64,000 nucleotides of DNA from Eledone cirrhosa. Taxonomy: Eukaryota. The position numbers and the translations under genes were made by a program. Positions 1 to 13,899 of this stretch are shown piece after piece. How positions within the stretch are numbered: position 1 is the first letter of the stretch; each line of letters begins with the position of its first letter. The notes under the pieces were generated by a model. The model worked only from the letters and a program-made list of their open reading frames with translations. It did not search any database and was not told where the DNA came from. The DNA lies in assembly GCA_964016885.1 (NCBI GenBank), contig OZ024740.1, positions 95,728,001 through 95,792,000 of the forward strand, read 5' to 3'.

Positions 1-427
1 TACATAATTTACATAAATCTTTCGTTGCACATCTGCAACATCGTCAGTGGTGTTATATTCTTTGTTCCTCCTGTTGTGTTGTATGTCTACGCCATATTTT
101 TATTCAGTCTGTCTATATATTTATTTATTTATTTGCTTGTTTGTTTATCTTATTTTATTTTGTCTTCTTTGCGCATGCGTTTGCGTGTGTGTATAGTGTT
201 ATGTTTGCTCTTGACTAGTGTGTATAGTGTTGTGTCTGCTGGGTGACTAGTGTCTGTTTATGTGCTTGTTGTTATTGTGCTTGTGTATGTATTTATTTAT
301 CTTATTTTATTTTATTTTATTTACTTATTTATACTTCTCTTAGGTCAGTGTTGTTTGTTTGGGTGTTGTTGTTGTTCCACTCATTCTTTCTGTTTAGCTT
401 TGGTCTTCTAATTTCTATTTCACTGGC

Positions 428-718
428 CTATCTGATTTGCCTATCTGCTGGGTCATTCCTATGTTTAGATATTATTCTAATTTCTATGTTGTCTATGTTA
501 CCGTCATGTTGTTGTCTAGCATGTTCGTATAGTACTGACCCGTTTTTTCCTCCTTTTAGTTCCCCCCAGTGTTGGTCTATCCTTTCACCTATGCTACGAG
601 CTGTCTCACCTATGTATGTTGTTGTCATGTTTCTGCAATTACCCTCTGTACATCTTATGCTATAGACTACGTTTCTAGTTTTACAGTTTATCCGTGGGTT
701 CACCTTCATATGATACAT
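428..718 (-). pseudogene. GIY-YIG endonuclease domain of PLE
   Basis: NCKTRNVVYSIRC...YIGETARSIGERIDQH...SVLYEH motif. Confidence 0.9.
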
Positions 719-729
719 TTCCTATTGGT

Positions 730-1203
730 TCAGTGGGTTTTCTTAAAAGGGTAGGTTTTGCTGATCAGTGATTTTTTAGTGGTTCCTGGCTTTTCTACCA
801 CCTTTATTTTTAAGTGGGTCTTTCTCAGGGCCTTTCTACACTGGTTAGCTAATTTCCCTCCAGGGGTGGCGTCCACAAACATGACACTCTGATATCTCTG
901 GTTGTCGTACCATGATGTGGCCTTCCCTATGTTATGTCTAGACCTATCTAAGCTATTCCATGATATGCTCCTGTATAGTGGGCAAATTCCTTTCATGTCC
1001 AGTTCTATGAGGATCTTATACTTTTCCATGGCTCCTTCGTATACTCTGACTCTGTCTCTTTGGTTGTAGCCAGATAACTGCATGCGGTTGATGATGTGTT
1101 GGATGTGTCTTTCCATTTCTGTTGGGTCGCACATGCTGGACACATTCTTCATCACTCGTACCAAATCTGCGATCAGAATATTAAACTTAGCACTACTGGA
1201 CAT
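730..1203 (-). pseudogene. PLE RT thumb/linker fragment
   Basis: Lies between RT and endonuclease pieces; RMQLSGY and MFVDATPGGKLA motifs; homologous to 40796..41107. Confidence 0.8.
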
Positions 1204-1298
1204 TGCTGAGTTTTGAGTACCAGGTATTTGTAGGCCATGGGTTTAGCATAGTGTGAGTGGAGAATTTGGGCTCTCTCGTCTATAGTGTTAATCCAGAG

Positions 1299-2756
1299 TT
1301 ATGTGTCTAATACAGGTAGTCTATAGTTAGGGTGTTTGGAAGGGAAGTCGATAGTTACAGTTATACTCTGGTGTATGGAATTAGCTATCTGCTGGATGCT
1401 TTCCATCGTGCTACGTTCTAAATCAAACTTGTTAGTGCTCTCTAGTGGGGGTGTTCTTATAACTATATTGATATCGTCTACATAACGAGAGTACATGATG
1501 AGGTCTATGGAGCTTTCATTAAGGAGATCTTTAAGTCTCCTTTCCCACCAAACCATGAAAAGGTTGGCAACATCACCAGCTTTGCTGACGCTGATGGCTG
1601 CTCCCTCATTTTGGGTGTAGATTTTCTCATTGAACTTAAATATGTGGCCCTTTAGGGTAGTTTTGATACTAGCCGCTATTGCATGTGCGACCATTTTTCT
1701 TACCTGATCAGTGTTTTGGGGGGTCCGTATAGCTTTGGTCCACCCAATCCACCTTCCTATTGGAGTATTTCTTGCCATTGAGGTTATGGTGGGGGGTCTA
1801 CCTCTTATAGGTCTACAAGGGCAGAAACATCTAAGGTCATGGCTGTCTAGGTTGTCAGTGTCGTAGGTAAGTCTAAGTAGGAGGCCCAGTTCGTCTGTGT
1901 CGACGTCGCAGAACTCCACCTCACTCTCAATGATCATCTCCACACGTCTTTTCACAGCAAAATCAATGTTAATGGATAGGTACAGTGACACCACATCCAT
2001 GCTGCCTATTATGCAGTTGGATAGGCTCCTGTTTTTGTTGCACTCACTGATTCTGCTGAGGAGGTCCTCTGTACTTTCACATACATCTGGGGACATCTTC
2101 ATTATGGGGCGTATAAACATTGAGAGGAAGTAGGAGATCCTGTAGTTGCTAGCTATATTAGCTCCGCATACGGGTCTTGTTGGTGGTCCTGTTGTCGGGT
2201 CGTCGACTGTCTTGTGGTCTTTGTGGAGCCCATACAAGGGTGGTATGCCATTGTTAGACGCCTGGAAGTTGTTGGCAGTGCGTCTGCTTGGCTTTAGGAT
2301 GTCAGTCAACATCATCATGTGAGCGTTGAGGATTTTTTCTCTGCCATCGTGTGTTTGTTGTGCAACTTCGCTCGTGTTGGTGATGTGGGGTTGCATAGCC
2401 TTGATGTAGTTCGGCACGCTATCTATTGACATCCTACCATACTTATATGTGGGTAGACACACTACCTCACCATCCCTTGTGCGCTGCTTTAGGCTAACCA
2501 AGCCTTCTACAGGTTTTCTCCCAAGTTGTTGGGCCTCTGGTGTGCTCTGTCTCTTAGTATACCTGTCTACTACTTGTCTAATTTTATTTCTAGCTATGGT
2601 GAACTGTGCCTCCGTCTCGTCTACTATTTGCTGTGGTATGCAAACTCTTTTATTAAAGGGTAACCTCGTAGGATAGATATTACCCATCTTATATGTTTTG
2701 TCAGCTGGGTTGAAAAATAGTTTCTCTAAGGGGTTTGTCATTTTATCTATCGTCAT
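1299..2756 (-). pseudogene. PLE reverse transcriptase fragment (485 aa)
   Basis: LYGLHKDHK, TRPVCG, GSMDVVSLY, QNEG, SRYVDD and LPVLD motifs of PLE RT. Confidence 0.93.
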
Positions 2757-2764
2757 AGTAGTGT

Positions 2765-3190
2765 GTTGCTATTGTTGTTTCTATCATTAGCATTATTATT
2801 ATTGTTATGATTGCTAGATGTATTGTTGTTTACTTCACCGTTATTGTTGTTGTTGTTACTGTTATGTCTACCATTGTGGTTGTTACTATTATTATGTTTC
2901 TTGTTTTTGTTGATGTTGCTACATGTACTATTTCCATTATTACCACTGTGGTTATTGTTGTTGTTGTTCGTATTGTTACCGTTATTACTACTGTGGTCAC
3001 TGTTGCTGTGTCTGTGGTTAACGTTTCTATTATTATTATGTGGTTGTTGTTGTTCCGTCTATCGCTAGTAGTATTGCCATTATCACTATTTCTCACTGTC
3101 CTGCCATTGTTATGGTTATGGCTGTTATTTCTATACCCAGAGTTATTGTTTATATTAATACTACCGTTATTATTGTTGTTGTTGTTTACC
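2765..3190. repeat. Degenerate (TTG/TTA)n low-complexity tract inside the PLE coding region
   Basis: Trinucleotide runs that read Asn/Thr-rich on the element strand. Confidence 0.8.
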
Positions 3191-3222
3191 TTTGCATTCC
3201 AACGTATTTTTGTGAAACACTT

Positions 3223-3834
3223 TTACAGCTCCGTTTTGCATTCCATAGGGTTAATCTTTTTGTAGATGGCAAATTTGGGTGGCAACCGTAGGATTTGTTG
3301 TTCTTGTTCACTGATTAAAGTGTTCCCATAGATATTTACTGTGTGGTCATTGGTAAATTCTTCCGGTAGTTTTACATCAGTCATACGGATATTGTCGATG
3401 TTATCTGGGTATTTTTGAGAATATTCGATTTTCCTTTCTTGTAGTTTTTTCTTATTCATCCATTCTAATTTCTTCTTGAAATGCCTATAGCATTCGTTTC
3501 GAGCGTATTTCGTTTCGCGTCGGATGACGCTCATGAAGTCATCTCTCTCGTTTGCTGTGATGAGATTTCGGATTTCCTTACCGTTGATGCGTTTCTGTCT
3601 GTAGAGTGCGTTGACTTTTGTGTATGTTGTTCTTTTCATATTAACTGTTATTGTGTGTTTTAGCCGTTCGGCTTGTGTTTTGTTCAATAATAAATTATTT
3701 ACTTGTTTTGATATGTTTGTTGTGTATGTTTTGGAGGAAACACAGTGTTTTAAGAAGCGGATTTGTTCTGCTGTTATTGTAGTTTTTATATAACAGTAAA
3801 CAGTGTCTTTCAATAACCTTTCAGCTTGGCACAA
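3223..3834 (-). pseudogene. PLE N-terminal domain fragment
   Basis: IRFLKHC and VNIYGNTLISEQEQQILRLPPKFAI, resembling the pre-RT motif of PLEs. Confidence 0.75.
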
Positions 3835-4088
3835 GCTAATGCCGTAGCGGCGATGAATTAGTTTAGCGAGGTTTTTTTATATGAAATCGTGTGCCGAAAC
3901 AGATATTGTTATACTTGGGGAGGTTCACATTTGCGTAATATTGCCAAAATTAATAACAGAACACACTCACTGTTTGGTTGGTTTTCGCTTCTCGCTGTCT
4001 TTTATATCTGCGATCTAACTTACTCGGTCCTCAATCTTGCCATTGACTGACCGACGGTCAAAAATAATACAGATACAATATAGACACA

Positions 4089-4159
4089 AACACATATATA
4101 TAGTTTACATAATTTACATAAATCTTTCGTTGCACATCTGCAACATCGTCAGTGGTGTT
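4089..4159 (-). ncRNA. Degenerate hammerhead ribozyme in pLTR (truncated second copy at 1..54)
   Basis: CTGACGA-T-GTTGCA-GATG-TGCAAC-GAAA on minus strand; stems I and III imperfect. Confidence 0.6.
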
Positions 4160-4409
4160 ATATTTTTTCCTCCTGTTGTGTTGTATGTCTACGCCATTTT
4201 TTTTTAATTCAGTCTGTCTATATATTTATTTATTTATTTGCTTGTTTGTTTATTTTATTTTATTTTCTCGTTTTTGCGCATGCGTTTGCGTGTGTGTATA
4301 GTGTTATGTGTGCTGTAAAAGACAGCGAGAAGCGAAAACTAACCAAACAGTGAGTGTGTTCTGTTATTAATTCTGGCAATATTACGCAAATATGACCCTC
4401 CCCAAGTAT

Positions 4410-4473
<64 letters not shown>

Positions 4474-4475
<2 letters not shown>

Positions 4476-5885
4476 AGGACTGGTTTAATTATAATGACCA
4501 GGAGGTGAAGGCTCTGCTGGATAGAAAACAAAGGGCACTCAATGCAGTCCTTAAAGGTGGTAGCTCAGTTGTTGACAATTATGAACGGTGCATATAGGTA
4601 AATAAAGAGACGTCGGTTAAACTCAGGACTATTGAAAATACCTACTGGAGCAACAAATCAGATGAAGTTCAGGCAAGTTTCTGAGGGCAAAAATGTAAAA
4701 TTGCTACACACTCTACGCGGAGAAGTGTATGGTCGTTTAAGCTCACCAGCGGTGCCTTTGAGACCGAAATATGGCTAGCAGTTACTATGTGATCCAAAAT
4801 ACACACGCAGCAGAGGGAGAGGTAACTTTAATGAGATCTTGAACCAGTCATGCCAGGATGATAATTATTTCATTTGCTTCATTCATATTCAACCGGTGAA
4901 GCACGAGAAGGATAATGTACATGTCCTGCATAAGTGACTTCGGCTGTGTATAAACATAACAGTGTTACGTCTCATGGTTAGAATTGTCTGAATGCAGAGT
5001 ACTTAAAGTGTGGTGGTGAAAACGTCACAAATCGACTGGCTCACCTAATGAAAAAAGAGTCGAAACAGAGAGTGTGTACAAGAAGGGCGTGAAAGAGATA
5101 TCGTGACATATCACTTCTTTCAGTATTAGGTAAAGACATGTGTCAACATTTGATTGATGCATTGATCTCGAAGGTTGCTTTTAATGTGTTAGTAGAGTCG
5201 CAGTGATAGGTCAAAAATGAAAAAGGCAGAGGAACAGAACATCCGATCTTTTCTGCTCGGCAGCTGTGAGAAATGTGTAACGAGCAATATACCAGATCTG
5301 TATTGCCTTGACAAAAATATTTGACACCACCAAGCAATCTGTGGTTGGGAATATTTTGGAAAAGTTGGCTGCGCTCCAAAGTTTGTAAAATGTCTGCGTC
5401 TTTCTTAAGATTACATGAAAGCTTGGGTCAGTATTAGTGGTAGCATCTCTGAAACAATATCAGCTGATAAAAGACTGAATCGGAAGAGGACATTCCGGCT
5501 CCATCTTTGCTTTCCTTATATTTTACGATAGTCTTTCTAGTGGAATTTATAAGAAATCTGTTTGCATGGAATTTACATCAGTTATCGCACTTCCAGAAGG
5601 TTGCTCAACAGCGGGTGCTTTGGTGCAAGTACGAATACATTAACATTATATAATTCGAGAGATTTTGTATGCAGATGATAGCAATCTTTTTGCACAAACA
5701 CACAGAGTAACATGCAGCATATTATAAACGCTTTGATGAAGCTTGCAACGCTTTGGGGCTCACAATATTGTTGGACAATTATGTTGTGATGTACCAGGGA
5801 GCGCCTGGGAAAGAATACACGACACCATCTACGTACGTGTACGGAAAGATGCTAAATGTTGCCGAGAAATATGTTTACGTTGAAT
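4474..5885 (+). mobile_element. Decayed RTE (BovB-like) LINE fragment
   Basis: Hand translation gives DWFNYNDQEVKALLDRK at the start and EILYADDS near 5660; many stops. Confidence 0.75.
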
Positions 5886-5889
5886 AATT

Positions 5890-6616
5890 TATGTAAACTA
5901 GAAATGTAGTATACAGAATAAGATGTACTGAAGGACAACGTAGAGATACAAATATAGTGTACAAAGGTGAGACAGCCCGTAGTATAGAGGAACGGATAAA
6001 TGAATACTGGCGACACCTTCATGATAGTAAAGAATCATCTGTACTATACCAACATGCTAAAATAGAACATAAGGGTAAATTAGAGAACATGGAAATAAAA
6101 ATAGAATCTACACACAGAAAAGACGCAATGTTTAGACAAATCACAGAAGCAATAAACATAAATGAATTACAACCAAAATTAAATAGAAAACATGAGTGGA
6201 ACAGCAACACCACAACTTACAATTAAGGACAACATGAAAACACACACGCACATAGAATAAACAACCAACCAGTAACATGTAAATAAACAAATAAATAAAC
6301 GAATATAAACACACACATACACCGGGATGTAACACATACGCAAACTAATCAGAAAACACGCACACACAAACAAGATGGCGTAGGACAGAGCAGAGGAGAG
6401 GTACAAACAATAAAGAAAAGAATCCCCAGTCACTGAAGAGGTCACAGAATGTGTGATGTAAGAACTTTGACAATATATAAACAACCATCTGTTTGTGGAA
6501 CCAACCAACCAACCGGAAATTTATAAATTCCTAAATTTATAAATTTATTATAATAAATTGAAGTGAAACCCCTGGTGCGTGTGTTTCTTTTTGGCAACAC
6601 GACCCTCCCAAAGTAT

Positions 6617-6621
<5 letters not shown>
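5890..6621 (+). mobile_element. PLE group A 3' fragment: GIY-YIG plus pLTR with decayed HHR at 6428..6471
   Basis: YKGETARSIEERINE...QITEAININELQPKLNRKHEW; closely similar to 41190..41943; ends in (TA)n. Confidence 0.9.
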
Positions 6622-6693
<72 letters not shown>

Positions 6694-7054
6694 AAGAGAT
6701 TTTGACAAGCTGTCTATATTTACGGTATACGGACGTGTTCGTTTCTTATAGAAAATATTAAATATGCACCATATGTTTATAAGATGTATAAGTTTAAGTG
6801 AATGATCATTAATCCTCATTCACACGCTATATATTATATGTTATGCCGGATTATATATATACTGGACCACACGTGGCTCGTTGGGTTACTTTCCGTTCGA
6901 AATATTTTTTATAAATCATGTTCACTTAAAGTTTTTTTATAATAATTAAAATATACAGACATGTATATAATGTGAAATGAAACTGGAAGGCCCATATATA
7001 TACGTGTGTCTATGTATATATATATATACATCTGCGTGTGTGTATATCTACGTG

Positions 7055-7089
<35 letters not shown>

Positions 7090-7220
7090 GTATATATAGA
7101 TGAGATTCTACAGGACTAGAACTGTTTCATTCATTTGAAATCTATATTAAAACTGTTATACTCTGCTATGTATTGAGTACCTTACTTACTGTGGTTACCT
7201 CCGATTCAACCCGGAATAAC

Positions 7221-7358
<138 letters not shown>

Positions 7359-7604
7359 CGAAGGAGTTGTGGTAAGGAACCAGATAGACCATAATGCACC
7401 AGAGTACTCCATACTTAGGGTAGTAGAGTGGGTAATATATATATATATAAGTAAGATGTATGGTAGGACGTATGTGAATCGCGATGATCACGTCTGACTT
7501 ACCAAATATGTGACGGTAGCTAGTTAAGCTCTATGGGTATACGCGGAGCAGAAATATTAGTGAAAAAGAACAAAGGAACTATTATGACATTATAACAAGT
7601 TTAT

Positions 7605-7651
7605 TGCCGACAGCCGTTTCGTCCGACCCCATGGTGGGACTTATCAAGGCA
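7605..7651 (-). ncRNA. Type I hammerhead ribozyme, U3-A8 variant
   Basis: Reverse complement of 11171..11217. Confidence 0.82.
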
Positions 7652-8564
7652 TATAACATGTGATTGCAAGATCATTGTTTACATCAACGTATCACTCAAG
7701 GCTAGCAGTTTGAAATTGTTGTATACATCAGCAACTCCGCTTTAAGGGGGGCTCTTTTATATTAGTTGTCGGGGTCAGGGATTGAAGTTTAAAAATTAGA
7801 CAAAAATATATAATTCACGCATCAACATTAAACCAAGAGACTTGGGGTCCCGTAGAAGCACCTCAGAAAATCCCTCAATGAGTGCATAAAGCTTACAGGC
7901 TCCAATACACCTATTAGTCTAGAAGAAAGTTAAGAGGCTAATAAAATAAGAAAACAAACATATAAAGTTTCCCTAAAAAATATATAGAGAGTTCCTATGA
8001 AATTTCTTCTAGAGAAAAAATTTTTTTCTGAAAGAAAAAAAACCTTCTTCCCCCGAGATCACGTTTACAAAATTCAGAAAACTGAATTGAAAACTAGGTT
8101 GAAAGAAACTAATCAATTAGAGGTTAATTCAGAGAGCCTTCCATAAATCTCTCAGAAAAGGCCCCTTTACTATTTCCAATAGAGAGACCCTTCGAGGAAT
8201 TAAAATTTTAGAGAGCCTTTGAGGATAAATATAAAAACGAATTGAGGAAAATTATACATTAAAAGTTAAAAATAAAAAATTACGGTATTTGGGATATCCG
8301 AGGAATTTTCAAAGGGCTGCTTCAACAGATACAACCTAGGCATAATAGGTACAATAATCTAAGCAATTTAAGCAATTTAATTAGGGAGAAATTCAAGGAG
8401 TTTATCAAGTTGGGCAAGATTAAAGAAAGTGGTAACTAAGAAAATACATAAGCAAAAAGACAATAATCATAAAATGTATCCTCAAGAAGGTACAAGGTAG
8501 CTTCAGTGATCTAACCCTGTATTATCACAAAAAAACATTCTAAAATTATTTATACAGGATTAAA

Positions 8565-8712
8565 AATTATTACAAAATCATTACAAAATTAACACAAAAT
8601 CATTACAAAATTATCAAATCATCACAAAATTACCACAAAATCATTACAAAACTATCAAATTATCATAAAATTATCGCAACATTATTACAAAATTATCATA
8701 AAATTATTGCAA
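8565..8712. repeat. ~10-11 bp minisatellite (AAAATCATTAC-like), mirrored at 10136..10250
   Basis: Direct reading. Confidence 0.85.
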
Positions 8713-11170
8713 AAATATAACAGGATGAACATTACTGGTGACCGTGTGGGCGCGATATCCGTTCTGCCTATGCAGTCCCCTGCACAGCTCCAGGCACGAT
8801 ATCCACTAGGCGTAAGCAGTCATCTGCATAGCTCCAGGCGCAGCTGGTCTTGTTTAAACGTTCATTGATCACCTGGTGTTTACTATTATTTGCGTGGACT
8901 CTCTGGGAGATGTACCTGTGGATCTAATAGCCAGTGGTTGCCGGATGTGGTCCGTTCGATCCTTTAGTTTCAGGGGTTGAACGCTTTCGCGATAGACGAG
9001 CCTGCTGGTTCTAAGTCCAAGGTTTCGCTACGCATGATGTATTGGTCCACATGCTATATCGTTAAAAAACCAGTGTGGATTTGACTGGGGTGGTATATTA
9101 CGAACTCCAAGTCCACACGCAACTGGTCAAAAGCGAAGGGCTGTCCTCTCTTTGTTTGCTGTATTGGTCGTTCTCAGCTTAGATGGTGGTCATGTTATCC
9201 ATATTCCGTCAGCCCTGTATATTCAAGACAGATCAGGGTATGTATTTGCGGGTATGGTCCTGCGTCTAAGTTATCCAGAGGGTCTCGCTTGTGGTACTTT
9301 CAAGTTCGCATGTCATCTCCCGGTTAAGACTGCGCATGCTTCGGTGAATCTCAAGCATGGAATGTTAGGGTATCATATTACACGGGGTGACCAGCAGAAA
9401 ATATACATTCTATGCTATCGCGCACGCGCTGGCCTGTGGCTACGACCGTGTCCAGTCTCGGGTAGTAGCAGACAGCAGGTAGACCAGCTATACACACCCC
9501 TGATCAAGGGGCACAACCCCTAACTTATCGAGTGGTCAGACTTCAAGGGAGTCAACTCTCCAAGCCCATTATGTCGACCGTGGTGAAATACAAAAAAAAT
9601 TCCTATTAGTAAAGAACTAATCACTGATAATAAAGAACCAGCTCAAAAGAATGGGGGGGGGGGGCATTCTATTTGGGCGGGGGTTTACTAGGGGAGGGTG
9701 TGGGGGTGAGTTGCTATAGGCAAGGAGCGGCCGCCATATTGGGTGTTTTGTTACTGTTTCCCTAGGCAGTTCACGAGTTTGTTGACATACATCTCCGACG
9801 TCACCCTCTCAGATTAGTCAACGTGGTTCCAGGCCCTCACGATGTCCTGCATCGCAGGCATCAGCTGCCCCCAGGTTGCCCAGCAACAGTGTTGCCACTA
9901 ATCCCAGGTTGGTAATTGGGACACAGGGTCGTCTGTTCCTCACCAGAGTCCCCATCGCCAATCAGGGAGCCGAGGCATCCATGCGGCCGGGGTTACCACA
10001 GAGCACCCTGTACGCCAGCGGGGCCGCTCAACTTGCTCAACAGATCAGAAATCTTCTCGTCCTGCCCCCATACCATACTTAGCTCTTTCTTTTTCTTCAG
10101 ACCGGACACATAGCCATGACACCACCCAGTCCTGCATAATTTTATGATAATTTGATAGTGTTGTAATGATTTTGTGGTAATTTTGTGATGATTTGATAAT
10201 TTTGTAATGATTTTGTGGTAATTTTGTAATGATTTTGTAATAATTTTTAATCTTGTATCAATAATTTTAGAATGTTTTTTTGTGATAATACAGGGTTAGA
10301 TCACTGAAGTTACCTTGTACCTTCTTGAGGATACATTTTATGATTATTGTCTTTTTGCTTATGTATTTTCTTAGTTACCACTTTCTTTAATCTTGCCCAA
10401 CTTGATAAACTCCTTGAATTGCTCCCTAATTAAATTGCTTAATTTGCTTAGATTATTGTACCTATTATGCCTAGGTTGTATCTGTTGAAGCAGCCCTTTG
10501 AAAATTCCTCGGATATCCCAAATACCGTAATTTTTTTATTTTTAACTTTTAATGTATAATTTTCCTCAATTCGTTTTTCTATTTATCCTCAAAGGCTCTC
10601 TAAAATGTTAATTCCTCGAAGGGTCTCTCGGAAGAAGTTCCTATTGGAAATAGTAAAGGGGCCTTTTCTGAGAGATTTATGGAAGGCTCTCTGAATTAAC
10701 CTCTAATTGATTAGTTTCTTTCAACCTAGTTTTCAATTCAGTTTTCTGAATTTTGTAAACGTGATCTCGGGGGAAGAAGGTTTTTTTCTTTCAGAAAAAA
10801 ATTTTTTCTCTAGAAGAAATTTCATAGGAACTCTCTATATATTTTTTAGGGAAACTTTATATTTTTATTTTCTTATTTTATTAGCCTCTTAATTTTCTTC
10901 TAGACTAATAGGTGTTTTGGAGCCTGTAAGCTTTATGCACTCATTGAGGGATTTTCTGAGGTGCTTCTACGGGACCCCAAGTCTCTTGGTTTAATGTTGA
11001 TGCGCGAATTATATATTTTTGTCTAATTTTTAAACTTCAATCCCTGACCCCGACAACTAATATAAAAGAGCCCCCCTTAAAGCGGAGTTGCTGATGTATA
11101 CAACAATTTCAAACTGCTAGCCTTGAGTGATACGTTGATGTAAACAATGATCTTGCAATCACATGTTATA

Positions 11171-11217
11171 TGCCTTGATAAGTCCCACCATGGGGTCGGA
11201 CGAAACGGCTGTCGGCA
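11171..11217 (+). ncRNA. Type I hammerhead ribozyme, U3-A8 variant
   Basis: TGCC-TTGATAA-GTCC(CACCATGGGGTC)GGAC-GAAA-CGGCTG-TC-GGCA: stems I and II intact, GUC cleavage triplet. Confidence 0.85.
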
Positions 11218-11270
11218 ATAAACTTGTTATAATGTCATAATAGTTCCTTTGTTCTTTTTCACTAATATAT

Positions 11271-11373
<103 letters not shown>

Positions 11374-11725
11374 TGTGTGTGTGTGTATATGTGTGTGTAT
11401 ATATATATGTGGGTGTCACAGATATACATATACACCGGTCATAGAGACACACACACGCAAATATATATATATATATATAAACTGGAAACATTCTCCCAAC
11501 TTGTAGAAAACTTATAATGAAACAATTGTTTGGAAAGAGAGATATATTTTAATTTTAATTATATCTCATATAAAATAATACAACTGGCTTTCAACAAAAT
11601 ACATATAGTTAGCACCCCAAACACAACATTGGGATTATACTAACGTATATCCTAATGTCTGTTGAATTAGATAGTTACCAGTCAGAGTTTAGCTTAAAGC
11701 TTTCTCTGTTATTGTATTAAATATA

Positions 11726-11773
<48 letters not shown>

Positions 11774-12558
11774 GGAAAAATTTGAACAGGGACAAAACAG
11801 AGAGGCAGTACAACGAATGTTTATTAATTTCACGCTCTGGAGAGTGGGGTGTTGGTGGGGGACGACGTCTCGGGCATAAGCCCTTCCTCATGTGAGAAGT
11901 GTGTGGGAACATAGTTCAAAGGGTGTGTAGGGGAGTGGTGGAGAGACATATATATATTACGACAGCAACACCAGCCCTTTCACTCCCAGTCACCTTCTCT
12001 GTCCCCTCTCCCTCTCTCTATGTCTCTCTTTCAATCTATTATCTCATAAACACTATCTCTTTCTCACTAGCTTTCTCTCACTTCCTGTTCAGGAAGGTAC
12101 CCGTAAAACTCCGTTTCTCGGGTACACGTGCTCCGATTTACGCGAAAATTATGTTTTTCCAATTGTATTCGCATTTCAGGGACAACTTCTTATCAAAGTA
12201 TTTTACCATTATGCGCCCCTTTTTTGTTCTTCATTACAGACAAGTAAGCAAGCAAACTTTGACCGACTTTTAGTATTATATAAATATATGAACTCTAAGG
12301 TAAGATGCAATAATTGTTTATCAAAAAACGCTTGAATTTATATGCAATAGTCTTAACTGTTATCAATTCATTCATATCAAAAACGAAGTATACATTTATG
12401 TCAATAACTATTATATATGTCTACACAATAATAAATATAACACATATTACACCTGGCCTACATTTATTGAAGATATCGAAACATATATATATATTTATCA
12501 TATATATATATATATATGTCATATATATGCATATATATATATACATACGTATATCTAT

Positions 12559-12699
<141 letters not shown>

Positions 12700-13899
12700 G
12701 AGAAATGTATGTGTGTACCTGTGCGGGTAAAGTCACAAACAAGTATTATTGAGTACATGTCAAATCAGCTTATCTTAGTAAATAAGTTTCTAAACTTTAA
12801 CACCCGAAATTAATGAATCTTATATTAAATCATGCTTTCGTTTATTTGTTTTTTTTTGTCTATTATATGACTTAATAATATATAGAATAAGTGTTTCTTA
12901 TTTCTTCTTCGTTGTAAATCACATCGTTTACTAGGTGTTAAATTGTTCGTGTCAATATGTCCGTATGGTATTTGAAGACGAAATAAATACACGTTCCCCT
13001 ACTATATAACATGAAGTTAAATGAAGTGATAAGCGATACACATTTGCAACGTCCTGCTCTATGAGTTTAATTACACTGATGATGTTTCACTATCCCCATA
13101 GGAATGACACAATGAATCATTCATATGACTTGTGTCAGGAACATTTTTTATAAAGACGTCTTACGTCTCTTAGATTTAGATGTCCTGGAAAGATAGAAAT
13201 AAATTTCATATACTAAATCTTCTGATCTTGAGCAATAGCATTAGGCTTGATATTCCAGTAGTATTGATATATAGCTATTTTATTATCTTTTTTCGATTTG
13301 AAATATATTACATTTTTTCGAATCACTTCGTTTACTTTTATTCATATAAAAACATTTTTCATTAAAACATGATCAATGGCATGCAAAGGGACAATATCGA
13401 AAACAATATTCATTCTATTGCAAAAAAAAAGAAAATGAAATGCCTGAAGCCTGGAAAATAAAGCTTTTCTCCTTAACATTTGTATAAGAAGATCATGACA
13501 GAAGCGTGAAAGCTTTTACTGACTGGTGTCATGAGATGTAAAACCGTAATTTGACGAAATTAAATTAGCTTTGTGCCTTGAAGGACAATAACAGATCCAT
13601 TTCTAGACTTTATAGCATTAAAACTATTATAGCATTTTTTTTTCTGATCTTAATGGTAATCTAATGCAATTTGGCAATCGCTTTAATCTAGTTTTCTTGC
13701 AGCAGATTATAGACTAATGTTCATTATCCTCTTGTTAACTGTCAATGTAATATATGTGTTCAGTTATGATAATAATATTATACAATCATATAGTCTAGCA
13801 ATTAAATGTTCTTCAGATAACGAAAAGAATAGAGACAAAGGAAAAAAAATCATGAAATTTCCCAAAGAAAATATGTCATTCCAGGTAATATTATTGTAT

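Larger units (their letters stand above)
1..4413 (-). mobile_element. Near full-length Penelope-like retroelement (group A), disrupted, with pseudo-LTRs and a 5' inverted segment
   Basis: Minus-strand ORF pieces in the order N-terminus, RT, linker, GIY-YIG. 1..~200 is repeated directly at ~4107..4310 (pLTR). 3907..4003 is inverted at 4317..4413. Ends in (TA)n. Confidence 0.93.
7554..11268. mobile_element. 3.7 kb foldback element with ~1.12 kb inverted arms, each carrying a hammerhead ribozyme
   Basis: 7554..8674 is the near-perfect reverse complement of 10136..11268, with one ~12 bp indel near 10630. The spacer 8675..10135 is GC-richer with no recognisable protein. Confidence 0.92.

Noticed and set aside
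2807-3291. Hydrophobic Val/Leu-rich ORFs resembling membrane proteins
   Set aside because: They are the antisense reading of the (AAC/AAT)n tract inside the PLE.
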